Source of the DNA: an uncultured Spirochaetota bacterium
Lineage (GTDB): Bacteria > Spirochaetota > Brevinematia > Brevinematales > JAOACQ01
Assembly (NCBI GenBank): GCA_963768055.1
Contig: CAVYGN010000001.1
Coordinates: 1,376,001 to 1,440,000 of the forward strand
Direction of reading: 5' to 3'
DNA length: 64,000 bases
Under the pieces are notes generated by a model. The model saw nothing but the letters and a program-made list of their open reading frames with translations, had not been told where the DNA came from and ran no database searches. Shown here piece after piece: positions 28,380-38,817 of the stretch. The position numbers and the translations under genes are program-made. Within the stretch, counting starts at the first letter, position 1; each line of letters starts with the position of its first letter.

Positions 28380-30140
28380 ATGGTTGTAACGGCATTAATC
28401 TGGACATATCAATTCATAATAAGCTCCCTGGCGGGATTTATGGTTTTACGCCTGTTCAACCCGTCAGGGGAAAATGAAAACAGGCCGGTTGCTTTACCAA
28501 TCGTAATTTTTATAGGGCTTGCCGTAATCGGCACAATATCGTCATGGCTATCGATTTTAATCAGTATCTCGCTTGCTGCTAATATCGCCATCTGGTTCTT
28601 TTGCCTGGTCTACGCCTTTATCGACAGGAACTTCCTCGGAAAAGTCGTTAAAGAAGCTTTCAATGCATTAAAAGGCCTTCCCCCTATCGTTATTGCATCG
28701 GTAGCAGTCCTGATAATAATGATTCTCATTGAAACAAGCTTTTACATGCCTAAAAATTATGACACCGCCCTTTATCATGCCCAGGCGATACGATGGATAG
28801 AAGGCTTTCCCGCAATACCCGGGCTTGGAAATCTCCATATGAGGTTTGCCTATAACAGCAGCTGGTTCCCCCTCAGCGCCTTTTTTAGTATGAAATTCCT
28901 TTCAGGGATTTCTTTTCATTGCCTTAACGGTTTTATCCTTGTAATTTCAGTTTTGTATTTTTCAGGCGGCAGTTCTCAGCTTATTGCCGGAAAAAACAGC
29001 AGGTCATCATGGCTCTCACTCCTTCTGCTCCCTTTTTCTATTGCGCTATATCTTAATTTTTCATCCTCGCCCGGAACGGATACCCCCGCGACGCTTTTTA
29101 TATGGGTCATATCGGTGCTTTTCCTTGAATATTCCGAGAATCATGAAAAAGCTTCGATATTCCCGATAATCCTTCTTTCCGCATATACGCTTACAGTTAA
29201 ATTGGCGGCCCTTCCGATAGCATTGATTTCCCTGTACTTTATTGTTTTATTTTTCGCCAAAGGGGTCGGCAAAAAGATACCGTTGATATATTGTCTCGCT
29301 TTTATTATTATTTTATTGCCATGGTTTATAAGGAATTATATTATTTCCGGTTACCTGGTATATCCTGTTGTGTCAACGGGTTTTATCCCTTCAGACTGGA
29401 AAATGCCTCCCTCCATTCTGGCGGCAGATACGGCTGGAATAAGGGAATGGTCTTTCACCAGGCCGCCGGGAATGCCACTGTTCATATATTTATATGACTG
29501 GCTCTCCCGCCTGAGACCGGTATTTAAGGCTGTTTTTTTCCCTGCAATATCGGTTTTCGCGATATCAGCCTTTTATATTATCTATCGCTCTATAAAAAAG
29601 CGAGAATGTATTGTAAAATTCAACGGTTTAATGGACCCGGGACTGATTCTCTTATATACCTCTATCGCAGGAGTAATTTTTTTATTTCTCAGCGCACCCG
29701 ATTTCAGATACGGGGCCTCATTTTTTCTTCTTATTCCTCTGTATATCAGCGCAACAGCAATAAAATTATTCTTCCTCGGCAAAAACACGTCATCCCCTGC
29801 TTTTATCGTTCTGCTTTTATTTATCCTGGTTACGCCTTTATATGAGGCTTTTTTATTCAACCGTTATTTTCAACAATCCAGGGATGTCCCCATGTACACA
29901 CCTGAAGAACCGCGGGTATTAACCGGAAGACTTATTCTTCCGGCACCTTATTTTTATAAACCGGAGAATACACTCCCCAATATTTTGAAACCCGATTTCA
30001 TCATATATTCTGTAAAGGGTTGGGAAAGATGCTGGTATTATCCGTTCCCGGCGGTTCCGGTAATTTATAAGGGATTAACAATGCGGGGTAAGGATTTCAG
30101 GGATGGGTTTAAAATAGTTTCCGCTAAGCCGCGCGAATAA
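28380..30140 (+). CDS. Polytopic membrane protein, LIC_10190-like (possible GT-C fold glycosyltransferase)
   Basis: YDTALYHAQAIRWI...PGLGNLHMRFAYNSSW, SGYLVYP and APDFRYG motifs; many TM segments. Confidence 0.75.
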   Translation: MVVTALIWTYQFIISSLAGFMVLRLFNPSGENENRPVALPIVIFIGLAVIGTISSWLSILISISLAANIAIWFFCLVYAFIDRNFLGKVVKEAFNALKGLPPIVIASVAVLIIMILIETSFYMPKNYDTALYHAQAIRWIEGFPAIPGLGNLHMRFAYNSSWFPLSAFFSMKFLSGISFHCLNGFILVISVLYFSGGSSQLIAGKNSRSSWLSLLLLPFSIALYLNFSSSPGTDTPATLFIWVISVLFLEYSENHEKASIFPIILLSAYTLTVKLAALPIALISLYFIVLFFAKGVGKKIPLIYCLAFIIILLPWFIRNYIISGYLVYPVVSTGFIPSDWKMPPSILAADTAGIREWSFTRPPGMPLFIYLYDWLSRLRPVFKAVFFPAISVFAISAFYIIYRSIKKRECIVKFNGLMDPGLILLYTSIAGVIFLFLSAPDFRYGASFFLLIPLYISATAIKLFFLGKNTSSPAFIVLLLFILVTPLYEAFLFNRYFQQSRDVPMYTPEEPRVLTGRLILPAPYFYKPENTLPNILKPDFIIYSVKGWERCWYYPFPAVPVIYKGLTMRGKDFRDGFKIVSAKPRE

Positions 30141-30264
30141 ACAAGACCTTTGCCACAGCTTCGCGGAAATGGTTTATTTAGTTTTTATTGTTTCTTATTT
30201 TTGGATTTTTAAGTATTTTCACATATAATAATTGGATTTATAAAATTAAAGTGAAGGGAATACG

Positions 30265-31326
30265 ATGCAGAAGGGTTCTAAAATATACCTCGCCGGTCAT
30301 ACGGGCCTTGTCGGTTCCGCAATTTTAAGGAAGCTTAAAAAAGAAGGCTTCGATAATTTGATTTACAGAACACTGGAAGAATTGGACCTGACGGAACAGG
30401 CGGCCGTATCATCATTTTTTGAAAAGGAAAAACCCGAATACGTTTTCCTTGCGGCAGCCAAGGTCGGCGGAATATACGCCAATAATATTTATCCTGCAGA
30501 ATTTATCTATCAGAATATAATGATCGAATCGAATGTAATTAATTCATCCTATCTTAACAAGGTCAAAAAGCTTTTGTTCCTGGGGAGTTCCTGCATCTAT
30601 CCCAGGCTTTGTCCCCAGCCGATAAAAGAAGAATATCTGTTGACAGGACTCCTCGAACCTACTAATGAGGCCTATGCGGTAGCTAAAATCGCAGGTCTTG
30701 AAATGTGCAGGTTTTATAAAAGACAGTACGGGGCACATTTTATTTCAGCCATGCCTACCAATCTTTATGGATATAATGACAATTTCGACCTTGAGAAATC
30801 CCACGTTCTTCCCGCGATCATTCGCAAAATGCACCTGGGGAAATCTCTCGCATGCGGCGATTGGGATGGGATAAGGAATGATTTCAACAGCAAACCTATC
30901 GAAGGTGTGGACGGAAACGCCGTCAATGACAAAATCCTTGAAAAACTTTTAAAATACGGCATCAGGAAAACTTCTTCAACCGTTGAAATAACACTCTGGG
31001 GTACGGGGAAACAAAAACGCGAATTTCTTTTCATAGACGACCTCGCCGAAGCCTTATTTTATCTAATGGAAAATTATGAAGATGAAACGCATATTAATAT
31101 CGGGACCGGTGAAGATATCGAGATAGCGGAAATAGCAAAACTTATAGCCGGAATTGTAGGTTTTAAAGGCAATATCATTTATGATCTGACAAAACCGGAT
31201 GGAACGCCCCAGAAGCTGCTCGATGTCAGCCTTCTGCATAAATCCGGATGGAAGCACAGGATTACGCTGGAAGAAGGGATCAAATTGACATATGACTGGT
31301 ATATAAAAAATAATAAATCTCATTAA
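30265..31326 (+). CDS. fcl: GDP-L-fucose synthase
   Basis: AGHTGLVGSA, AAAKVGGI, FLGSSCIYP, YAVAK and KPDGTPQKLLD. Confidence 0.97.
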   Translation: MQKGSKIYLAGHTGLVGSAILRKLKKEGFDNLIYRTLEELDLTEQAAVSSFFEKEKPEYVFLAAAKVGGIYANNIYPAEFIYQNIMIESNVINSSYLNKVKKLLFLGSSCIYPRLCPQPIKEEYLLTGLLEPTNEAYAVAKIAGLEMCRFYKRQYGAHFISAMPTNLYGYNDNFDLEKSHVLPAIIRKMHLGKSLACGDWDGIRNDFNSKPIEGVDGNAVNDKILEKLLKYGIRKTSSTVEITLWGTGKQKREFLFIDDLAEALFYLMENYEDETHINIGTGEDIEIAEIAKLIAGIVGFKGNIIYDLTKPDGTPQKLLDVSLLHKSGWKHRITLEEGIKLTYDWYIKNNKSH

Positions 31327-31340
31327 ATTCAGGATAATTC

Positions 31341-31928
31341 ATGTATTATTCCATTTCGGGCAGGGTAGCTTTTAAGGATGACAACACCGTTGTTGTAGAA
31401 ACAGGCGGCGTAGGTTATGAAATTTTAGTTCCTCGTACCGTATCAAGAAAACTGCCTGAACCGGGCGGGAATGCTATCCTTTATACCCGATTGATTGTGC
31501 GTGAAAACGAAATATACCTTGTCGGTTTTACTGCCCTTGAGGACAGGCGGCTTTTTGAAAGCTTGCTTACAGTATCAGGAATTGGGCCCAGGCACGGCCT
31601 GAAAATACTTTCGGATCTTTCATCTGCCGAAATACGCAATGCCATAATATCAGGAAGTGAAACGGAGCTTTCAAAAATAAAAGGGATCGGAGCAAAAACC
31701 GCTTCCCGGATCATACTCGAACTTAAGGACAAGATAAAAAAACTTCAGGCGGGGGAGGGGGAAATCGCAGTATCCGACAGAAAAAAAACCGAGGTCCTTA
31801 TGGCGCTGCGCGTACTTGGTTATACTGATTACGAATCCAGGCGCGCTCTTGATACAGCGTTCGGAAATCCGGTTATCGGTAATATGGAAGTCGAGGATAT
31901 AATTAAAAGCATACTTTCCAATATGTGA
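31341..31928 (+). CDS. ruvA: Holliday junction DNA-binding protein RuvA
   Basis: GGVGYEI, VSGIGP, KGIGAKTASRIILELKDK and ALRVLGY. Confidence 0.96.
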   Translation: MYYSISGRVAFKDDNTVVVETGGVGYEILVPRTVSRKLPEPGGNAILYTRLIVRENEIYLVGFTALEDRRLFESLLTVSGIGPRHGLKILSDLSSAEIRNAIISGSETELSKIKGIGAKTASRIILELKDKIKKLQAGEGEIAVSDRKKTEVLMALRVLGYTDYESRRALDTAFGNPVIGNMEVEDIIKSILSNM

Positions 31929-31936
31929 AAATTTTA

Positions 31937-33406
31937 TTACCACCCTGTCAGCTTTTTAATCAGGCTCTTAAATGCAAGGAAAAAATCCTTAGGCGTTTTA
32001 AACCGGAAAATGTTTTTTATAATAAAACGCGGATTTAAAAAGAACTTAAAATTGGCCTTTCTAACCATCTTTTCAATCTGTTTTTTTTTCAGGTGAGGAT
32101 ATTCGATGATCGATTTTTTCTGTACATCTACCGGAACATAATCGCCGTATACAAGCCACCCCTTCTCCTGGGCCTGGCGATAAAATTCCGTCCCGGGAAA
32201 AGGGTTGCAGATTGAAAACATGACCATATCCGGATCAAGGCGGATAGATTCCTCAATCGTTTTTTTAATCGTTTCCACCGTTTCCAGGGAAGAGGCCGCA
32301 ATCAGAATATTGAGCTTGGGCGCAATATTGTTCCCTTTTAGTATTTTAATGGCTTCATAAAATGTGTCAAGCTTGATCCCCTTTCTGACGTCATCCAGAA
32401 TTGCCTGGTTGAAAGATTCAATACCAATGTCGATGTAAACGCAGCCCGCTTTCGCCATCGCTGAAACGACTTCATTGTCGGTAAGAGAATCGGCACGCGC
32501 AAGGCATCCCCAGCGCATCTTGAATTTCTCAATACCCTTGCAGATTTCTACCGTCCGCTTTTTATTTAAAACAAATTCATCATCGATAATGCTGACTGTC
32601 CTGTAACCCTGTTCAAAAAGGCTTTTAAATTCCTCTATTACCTTCCGGGACGACCGGTAGCGCACCCCGGGAATACTATTGACAGTATTTTTATGCCTGT
32701 TATATTCAAGTTTTGCGGCAAATGAAAGAGAGCAGGGCACACAGTAGGTGCATTGAAAAGGGCAGCCTCGTGTTGTAAGCATTGCCGTAAAAGGACGTTC
32801 TTTCAGCTTCGGATTAAAATAAAGATCGCGGTTTATCAATTCCCTTGCAGGTATCGGAAGATCATCCAGATCTTCTATCAACTCCCGGTAGGGGTTATTA
32901 ATAACTTCACCGCCCCCCCCGGATTTTTTGAAGCTTATGCCGCTGATCGCTTCCAGGGGGCCTTTCAACTTCCCGTCAAAATAGTTTATCAGATCGAGGA
33001 TTGTAAAATCCCCCTCTCCCCGGACTATGTAACAATTCTCGTCAAATATAAAATATTCAGGGTCCCAGGCCGGGGCAGGACCGCAGAAAATAATTTTTTT
33101 ATTTCCCCTAATCCTGCGAATATTTTCCCTGGCAAGCTTATCGAGTTCTTTTGAGAGATTGACGCTGTAAAATATATAAACATCACTATCGTCTTTTTCA
33201 AGGAATGGAACGAATTCTTTGGGTTTCATTCCCTCCACGGGCGCATCCGTCACTTTTACCGAATGCCCCGCTTCCATCAGTACGGCGGCGTATGTCAGGA
33301 TGAACACATTCGGGATCGCGTAAAGCCCATAAGTGCAGCCGAATACCCTCTCAGGGATTCGTCCTCCGTTGATCGCCGGCGGAATAAGAAAGTTTACTCT
33401 CTGCAT
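31937..33406 (-). CDS. B12-binding radical SAM protein
   Basis: TTRGCPFQCTYC (CxxxCxxC), N-terminal cobalamin-binding region (VRGEG) and PFPGT. Confidence 0.9.
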   Translation of the reverse strand: MQRVNFLIPPAINGGRIPERVFGCTYGLYAIPNVFILTYAAVLMEAGHSVKVTDAPVEGMKPKEFVPFLEKDDSDVYIFYSVNLSKELDKLARENIRRIRGNKKIIFCGPAPAWDPEYFIFDENCYIVRGEGDFTILDLINYFDGKLKGPLEAISGISFKKSGGGGEVINNPYRELIEDLDDLPIPARELINRDLYFNPKLKERPFTAMLTTRGCPFQCTYCVPCSLSFAAKLEYNRHKNTVNSIPGVRYRSSRKVIEEFKSLFEQGYRTVSIIDDEFVLNKKRTVEICKGIEKFKMRWGCLARADSLTDNEVVSAMAKAGCVYIDIGIESFNQAILDDVRKGIKLDTFYEAIKILKGNNIAPKLNILIAASSLETVETIKKTIEESIRLDPDMVMFSICNPFPGTEFYRQAQEKGWLVYGDYVPVDVQKKSIIEYPHLKKKQIEKMVRKANFKFFLNPRFIIKNIFRFKTPKDFFLAFKSLIKKLTGW

Positions 33407-34173
33407 TATTTTTTCCTCATAAAATTTCGGTAATAAAAAGAAAGGGCGGCAAAGGTATGTTCTATTATGCGTATACTCAATTTTGCGCTTGACCTGCGGT
33501 ACTCATGGTAAACCTTTGCATCGGGGTAATAGACGGTTTTATAGTTTTTGTTCTTCGCCCTGAAACAATAATCTACGTCTTCAAATCCGAATGAAGTAAC
33601 TTCCTGGAAATAGCCTATTTCCCCAACCGTCTTTTTTCTAACCATTAGACATGCTCCCTGAACCCAATCCACTTCCTTTATAGAAGCATGGTCCCAATCA
33701 AGCATGAGATGGCGAGAGAGTGCGCCCTTTTTAAATATTTTCCCCAGGAATGTTCTCCTGAGTATGATCGTCCAGAGAGTATAAAATTTTCGGCAGGAAT
33801 ACTGAAGGGTGCCGTCTTCATTTAAAAGCTGCATTCCCATTACAGCGATATCCGGGTGTTTGTCCATATAGGCGATTGCATCATTAAACCGGTCATCCCT
33901 GATCCAGGCATCGGCGTCAAGCATCAGAATATAATGCCCACCGGCATTTCTGATACCCACATTGCGCATTTCCCCTACTCCGAAACGGTTATACGGAATG
34001 ACTTTGATAAAAGGAAATTCCGTTAAAACCCTATCGTTAGGATCATCAGAGGCTTTATGAATAACCAATATTTCATATTTTTTATCCCAGCCCGCTGATC
34101 TGATCGATTCCAGACATCTTTTCAGCTTTTCACCCATCCTGTAATGTATGATGACAACAGTTAAATCCATCAA
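33406..34173 (-). CDS. Glycosyltransferase family 2
   Basis: RNVGIRNAGGHYILMLDAD, VDWVQGACLMVR and FEDVDYCFR. Confidence 0.92.
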   Translation of the reverse strand: MMDLTVVIIHYRMGEKLKRCLESIRSAGWDKKYEILVIHKASDDPNDRVLTEFPFIKVIPYNRFGVGEMRNVGIRNAGGHYILMLDADAWIRDDRFNDAIAYMDKHPDIAVMGMQLLNEDGTLQYSCRKFYTLWTIILRRTFLGKIFKKGALSRHLMLDWDHASIKEVDWVQGACLMVRKKTVGEIGYFQEVTSFGFEDVDYCFRAKNKNYKTVYYPDAKVYHEYRRSSAKLSIRIIEHTFAALSFYYRNFMRKK

Positions 34174-34271
34174 ATCCTATTCTTTGAACCCTTCCAGCAC
34201 ATAGCAGTGGTTCCAATCCTGGCAATATTATAATATAAAACTGTTCTATTGTAAAAAAACCATGACCTGAT

Positions 34272-34351
34272 CAGTCGGCAGTCAACAGTCGAAAGTCAAC
34301 AGTGTATGAACACTTGCGATAACTTGACTGTAGACTGTTGACTATTGACTA
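34272..34351. repeat. Inverted arrays of 7-bp tandem repeats (CAGTCAA / TTGACTG)
   Basis: CAGTCGG CAGTCAA CAGTCGA AAGTCAA CAGT ... TTGACTG TAGACTG TTGACTA TTGACTA. Confidence 0.8.
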
Positions 34352-34412
34352 TGGCATTTTTTCCTGTCTTAATATATAATATCATATCTTGAAAGCTTCG
34401 CAGGATAATAAT

Positions 34413-36446
34413 ATGAGATCGATATTAAGCCTTATTCTTCTTTTCATTTCCGTTTTTTCTTATACCCAGACTATCGACGAGATCAATGCAGAAAAAAACT
34501 TCAAAACCGGTATGGTGAGGTTTTATAACAGGGAATATGAAGCTGCGATCCAATTATTTTCCAAAGCCCTGTCATACCAAAAATTAAACAATAAGGTACG
34601 TTATTACCTTGGCTGTTCGTACCTAAACGCGGGCTATACAAAAAACGCTATCGACGAATGGGAGAATATTGTAAAGTTCGGCGATACTTCATACCAGATC
34701 CGTCAGAAGCTGAACGATCTCTATTTCAGGCTGGCGATTGATAAAAGCTATGATTATTCAAACCCTTACGTCTTCACCCGGCTGTATAACGGTATTGAAA
34801 ACGGCATGCATAAAATTGACAGGCCGTCCTTTATAACATACGATAATAAAAACGATTCCATGATCGTATCCTCTACTGCTACCAAATATGTAGTCGAGAT
34901 CGACAGTTCCGGTAAGCCTGTAAGGGAGATCGGACGAAACTTCGGAGATTATTCATCTTTCCAGCTACCCATGGGAATATGCCTTTATAACAATATATTT
35001 TATATAGCCGATTACAAAGCCGATGAAATTTTTACATTCGACAGGGAAGGTAAATTCCTCTCAAAGTTCGGTTCGAGCGGGGTCGCATCTTCAAACATAG
35101 CCGGGCCTATGGGCCTTTATATTTCCGAGGACGAGTACCTTTTCGCCGTTGACAACGGAAACGACAGGATACAGAAATTCGGGCTCAAAGGAGAATGGAT
35201 CCAGAGTATCGGTGAGGGAGTTTTAAAAAGGCCGACTGATGTCGCCGGCGCGAGCGGAATTATTTATGTTTCCGATACGTTCAATAAAAGGATCGTATCG
35301 TTTGACACCTTTGGAAATATGCTCGATATAATAGGCGAAGGCATTCTGCAGGAACCTCTCGGACTTTTTATAAAAAACGGTAAGCTTTACATCTGCGATG
35401 CGGAGAACGGTTTATACATTTATGACATCACCGGAAAAAGCCTTAATAAATTCAATACTGACGAAAACAAAGTCCGTTTTGCATTCGACGCCTGCCTGGA
35501 TTCAAAAAATATTATATACGAAACGGATTTCAATACCCCTAATATTGCGATATTCAATCCCCTGCAGCTTCAGTATGCTAATTTAGGACTAACGGTATCC
35601 CAGATCTGGCTCTCCAATTATCCCAGGAATCTGCTTCATTTAAGGGTCTGGGATAAAACAGGCAAACCGGTTTTTAACCTGAAAGAGGAGAATATATCCA
35701 TATTTGAAGAAGGCACGGAAATTCCCTTCATAAGATTAGGGCCGACTTTTGAATTCAGAAAAAATATGTATGTTAAGATCATTATAGATAAAAGCCAGGC
35801 GATGGAGGAATATGAACCCGAATTGATCGAAATGCTGAATTCATTCCTTACACAAACAACAGGTGAAGATTGGCTTGATGTGGTGACGGTAAACGATACA
35901 ATTGAGAATTCGGGAAGAATGCCGTCAAGCATTCTCCGTCCTGTTGATTTTGTCAGGAAAATTCCTTACCGCGGCCTTTATCCGCAGGACCTCGACAATG
36001 CAATTCATTCGTCTATTACAGAGCTTTTAAATATTAACAGGAACAAGGCCCTTATAATTTTCACCGCGGGGGAAACCGGCAATTCAACTTTCTCCAATTA
36101 TGATGCCGACATGATATCCACTTATGCAAAACAAAATGCAGTACCGGTTTATGTAATTAACTTTACCGATAAAAACAGGGAAATTTACGAAAGGATTACC
36201 GAAGAAACTTTCGGCAGGTACTATTCAATCAGGGACCTTAAAGCTATACTTAATATCTACCAGGAGATAAAAAACGCTCCGCCGCTGGAATATATAATCA
36301 GTTATGAGGGGTTGAACTTGAAAGGGTTGAGGGACATGTGGATAAACGTCCATATCAAGGTTAAATATAAAAACCTAATGGGGATAGACGATACAGGCTA
36401 TTATGTACCGGAACTCTTTACACCGGTATCTTTGCCCGGACAATAA
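34413..36446 (+). CDS. Exported TPR + NHL beta-propeller + vWA-like protein
   Basis: Signal peptide, TPR-like helices, NHL repeats (PMGI, VDNGNDRIQKF, SDTFNKRIVSF) and a C-terminal vWA-like region. Confidence 0.85.
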   Translation: MRSILSLILLFISVFSYTQTIDEINAEKNFKTGMVRFYNREYEAAIQLFSKALSYQKLNNKVRYYLGCSYLNAGYTKNAIDEWENIVKFGDTSYQIRQKLNDLYFRLAIDKSYDYSNPYVFTRLYNGIENGMHKIDRPSFITYDNKNDSMIVSSTATKYVVEIDSSGKPVREIGRNFGDYSSFQLPMGICLYNNIFYIADYKADEIFTFDREGKFLSKFGSSGVASSNIAGPMGLYISEDEYLFAVDNGNDRIQKFGLKGEWIQSIGEGVLKRPTDVAGASGIIYVSDTFNKRIVSFDTFGNMLDIIGEGILQEPLGLFIKNGKLYICDAENGLYIYDITGKSLNKFNTDENKVRFAFDACLDSKNIIYETDFNTPNIAIFNPLQLQYANLGLTVSQIWLSNYPRNLLHLRVWDKTGKPVFNLKEENISIFEEGTEIPFIRLGPTFEFRKNMYVKIIIDKSQAMEEYEPELIEMLNSFLTQTTGEDWLDVVTVNDTIENSGRMPSSILRPVDFVRKIPYRGLYPQDLDNAIHSSITELLNINRNKALIIFTAGETGNSTFSNYDADMISTYAKQNAVPVYVINFTDKNREIYERITEETFGRYYSIRDLKAILNIYQEIKNAPPLEYIISYEGLNLKGLRDMWINVHIKVKYKNLMGIDDTGYYVPELFTPVSLPGQ

Positions 36447-36510
36447 ATTACTGAATGACATTACTGGACAAAAGCACTGCCGGGCAGGATAAACCCTTAC
36501 AGGATAGACC

Positions 36511-37020
36511 CTATCTGAACATTTCTTTTATAACTATTTGCTGCATTTTTTTTAATAAAGCCGTATCTTTCTCATCATGATAGGGCTTTATATCAAGGTT
36601 CGGGGGTATCTTTTTAAGGTTTTCATGCCCTGCGCATTTTATATATCGCTGCATGAAAGAATCGTATTCCCTCCACTTAATTCCCGCCGCCCGGACCGCC
36701 GCTTCTTCCGCCCGGAGGGCTATTTGATGGGCATGCTGGTAAACCAGCCCCAGTTCATCGATTAGAGATTTTTCAACCGATTCATGCAATACCAGAAAAG
36801 GATCCACATCATATTTTCCAACGGAGGTTTCCAGGAACTCCGGAAGATGCCTGTCGATAAAAATAGTCTTTCCATCCCGGCTATAACCCGCCAGATAGGG
36901 GATATCCCAGGACCTGTCGAGTTTGTTTTTCTTAAGAATATTTTTAACTGCCTTTTTCAGCATATCGGTTGAAACAAGAGTGTCGTCCCTTCCTATCCTC
37001 TTCTTCTTTTTTACCGCCAT
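36511..37020 (-). CDS. Hypothetical protein (His/Glu-rich, possibly metal binding)
   Basis: Start MAVKKK with GGAGG RBS; DIPYLAGYS..IFIDRH, LHESVE and YQHAHQIA motifs. Confidence 0.75.
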   Translation of the reverse strand: MAVKKKKRIGRDDTLVSTDMLKKAVKNILKKNKLDRSWDIPYLAGYSRDGKTIFIDRHLPEFLETSVGKYDVDPFLVLHESVEKSLIDELGLVYQHAHQIALRAEEAAVRAAGIKWREYDSFMQRYIKCAGHENLKKIPPNLDIKPYHDEKDTALLKKMQQIVIKEMFR

Positions 37021-37038
37021 ATTTACCTCCTTTATGTA

Positions 37039-37172
37039 AAACCGCAGATTTGCACAGATATACCGGAAGGAAAGCGGGCTTATCTGTGAAATCCGCATAA
37101 AATTATATCAGAGATTATAGATCACTGCAAAGGATGATAAGAAAAAAGTTATAATCTGCTTAATCTGTGGTT
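37039..37172. repeat. 9-mer-type inverted repeat element (CCGCAGAT/CACAGAT ... ATCTGTG)
   Basis: AACCGCAGATTTGCACAGAT ... ATCTGTGAAATCCGC ... AATCTGCTTAATCTGTGGTT. Confidence 0.6.
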
Positions 37173-38511
37173 AGAACATCAAAGATATGCATTCGGATAT
37201 ATTCTTGACCGGGTATAAAGTAAACCCCTCGGGCCGTTTCAATTTACCCGCCTGGTAAGGAACTATCATTTTATTAAAAACATTCCTGGAGCTTTCCGCA
37301 ATCCTTTTATCAATTTTTATTACCGGCCTGACTTCACCCGTCAATCCGACTTCACCGCATGCCATAATATCGAGCGCCGACGTCAAGCCCTTTAAGGAAG
37401 AATATACGGCAGCTACTACAGGCAGGTCTAGAGCGGGGTCCTGTATATGCAGGCCGTTTGTAACATTAAGATAAACGTCATGATTCGATAAACTGATCTT
37501 TAGGTTTTTCTCCATAACCGCGATCAGCATGTACAATCTGCCCGGATCCATTCCGTCCGAAGTCCTTTTAGGATAGTTAAACTGGGATGGGCTTGTTAAA
37601 GCCTGTATTTCAACAGGGATAACCCTGTTTCCCTCGGCCATAGGGAAAAAAGATATGCCTGTGACCTGTCCCTCATGACCGTAAAGAAATGCTTCTGAAA
37701 CATTACCGATGGATTTAAGACCTGTTTCTTCCATTGTAAAAAACCCGATTTCATCAGTGGAGAAAAATCTGTTTTTATTGCAGTGTAAAATTCTGTAATA
37801 ACATCTGCCGTCCATTTCCAGAAACAATACTGTATCCACTATATGTTCCAGTATTTTAGGACCGGCTATGATGCCGCTTTTTGTGACATGCCCTACGATA
37901 AAAAGGGCGAAGTCCATTTCCTTACTTAGTTTTACCAGTGCATATGCCGATTCCCTCATCTGAACAATGCTTCCGGGTAGAGACTCAAATGATGCGGAAA
38001 ATACTGTCTGGATGGAATCGACAAAAACGAATTTCGGGGCCTCTTTCCGGAGAGCATTTATTATCTCATCGATATCATTTTCGGGAAATAATAAAACTTC
38101 GCAATTATCGGCGCCAAGGCGTGATGCCCTCAATTTTATCTGGGAGTTCGATTCTTCGCCGTTGATGTAAAAAACCTTACCCTGTCCGGCCAGGTTATTG
38201 GCTGCTTCAAGAATAAGCGTTGATTTACCGATCCCGGGTTCGCCTGATATGAGTATCGCCTGGCCCGGTATTATTCCCCCGAGGACTCTGTCCAGTTCAT
38301 CGATCCCGGTAAAATATCTTTCTTTTTCATCGCTTTTAATCTTTGACAGGGGTATAGCCGTTTTTTTGGGTACTTTGTCGATATGGCCTGAAGATTTATT
38401 GCTTACAGCTTCCTCAGTAAAACTATTCCAGCTGGAGCATTCAGGGCACCTTCCCAGCCATTTAGAGGATTGGTATCCGCAATTAAAACAAAGGAAAAGG
38501 GATTTTTTCAT
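37171..38511 (-). CDS. radA: DNA repair protein RadA
   Basis: CFNCG...WLGRCPEC zinc finger, GEPGIGKSTL, KNRF and Lon-like C-terminus. Confidence 0.97.
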   Translation of the reverse strand: MKKSLFLCFNCGYQSSKWLGRCPECSSWNSFTEEAVSNKSSGHIDKVPKKTAIPLSKIKSDEKERYFTGIDELDRVLGGIIPGQAILISGEPGIGKSTLILEAANNLAGQGKVFYINGEESNSQIKLRASRLGADNCEVLLFPENDIDEIINALRKEAPKFVFVDSIQTVFSASFESLPGSIVQMRESAYALVKLSKEMDFALFIVGHVTKSGIIAGPKILEHIVDTVLFLEMDGRCYYRILHCNKNRFFSTDEIGFFTMEETGLKSIGNVSEAFLYGHEGQVTGISFFPMAEGNRVIPVEIQALTSPSQFNYPKRTSDGMDPGRLYMLIAVMEKNLKISLSNHDVYLNVTNGLHIQDPALDLPVVAAVYSSLKGLTSALDIMACGEVGLTGEVRPVIKIDKRIAESSRNVFNKMIVPYQAGKLKRPEGFTLYPVKNISECISLMF

Positions 38512-38796
38512 TTAAGAGGATTTTGATTTTTCTGTTTGCGCTTCTGTGGCCTTGCCTGAAGCTTTCTTCTTATCAGGGGCCTGGGTTTTACCGCCCCTGA
38601 ATAAAAGAGAGTACGTTATCAGGCCTAAGATATAACCTATCAGCAGACTGATAAGAATAACAGTTATGACAGGCATTTTCCCAAGGGGTACGATAAATGA
38701 TACGTCTACCGGGCTTAAATTCTGGACAACAATGATCACAAGAAGGATAAGAAGAATGATCAGCGAGAATAGCCTTAATAAATTGTTCTTTTTCAT
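38512..38796 (-). CDS. LapA-family small membrane protein
   Basis: Two TM helices with QNLSPVDVSF linker. Confidence 0.75.
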   Translation of the reverse strand: MKKNNLLRLFSLIILLILLVIIVVQNLSPVDVSFIVPLGKMPVITVILISLLIGYILGLITYSLLFRGGKTQAPDKKKASGKATEAQTEKSKSS

Positions 38797-38817
38797 TATT
38801 ACCTCCCCTTTTTGAAG

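Noticed and set aside
34272..34351. CRISPR array
   Set aside because: Units are 7 bp with no unique spacers; no cas genes.
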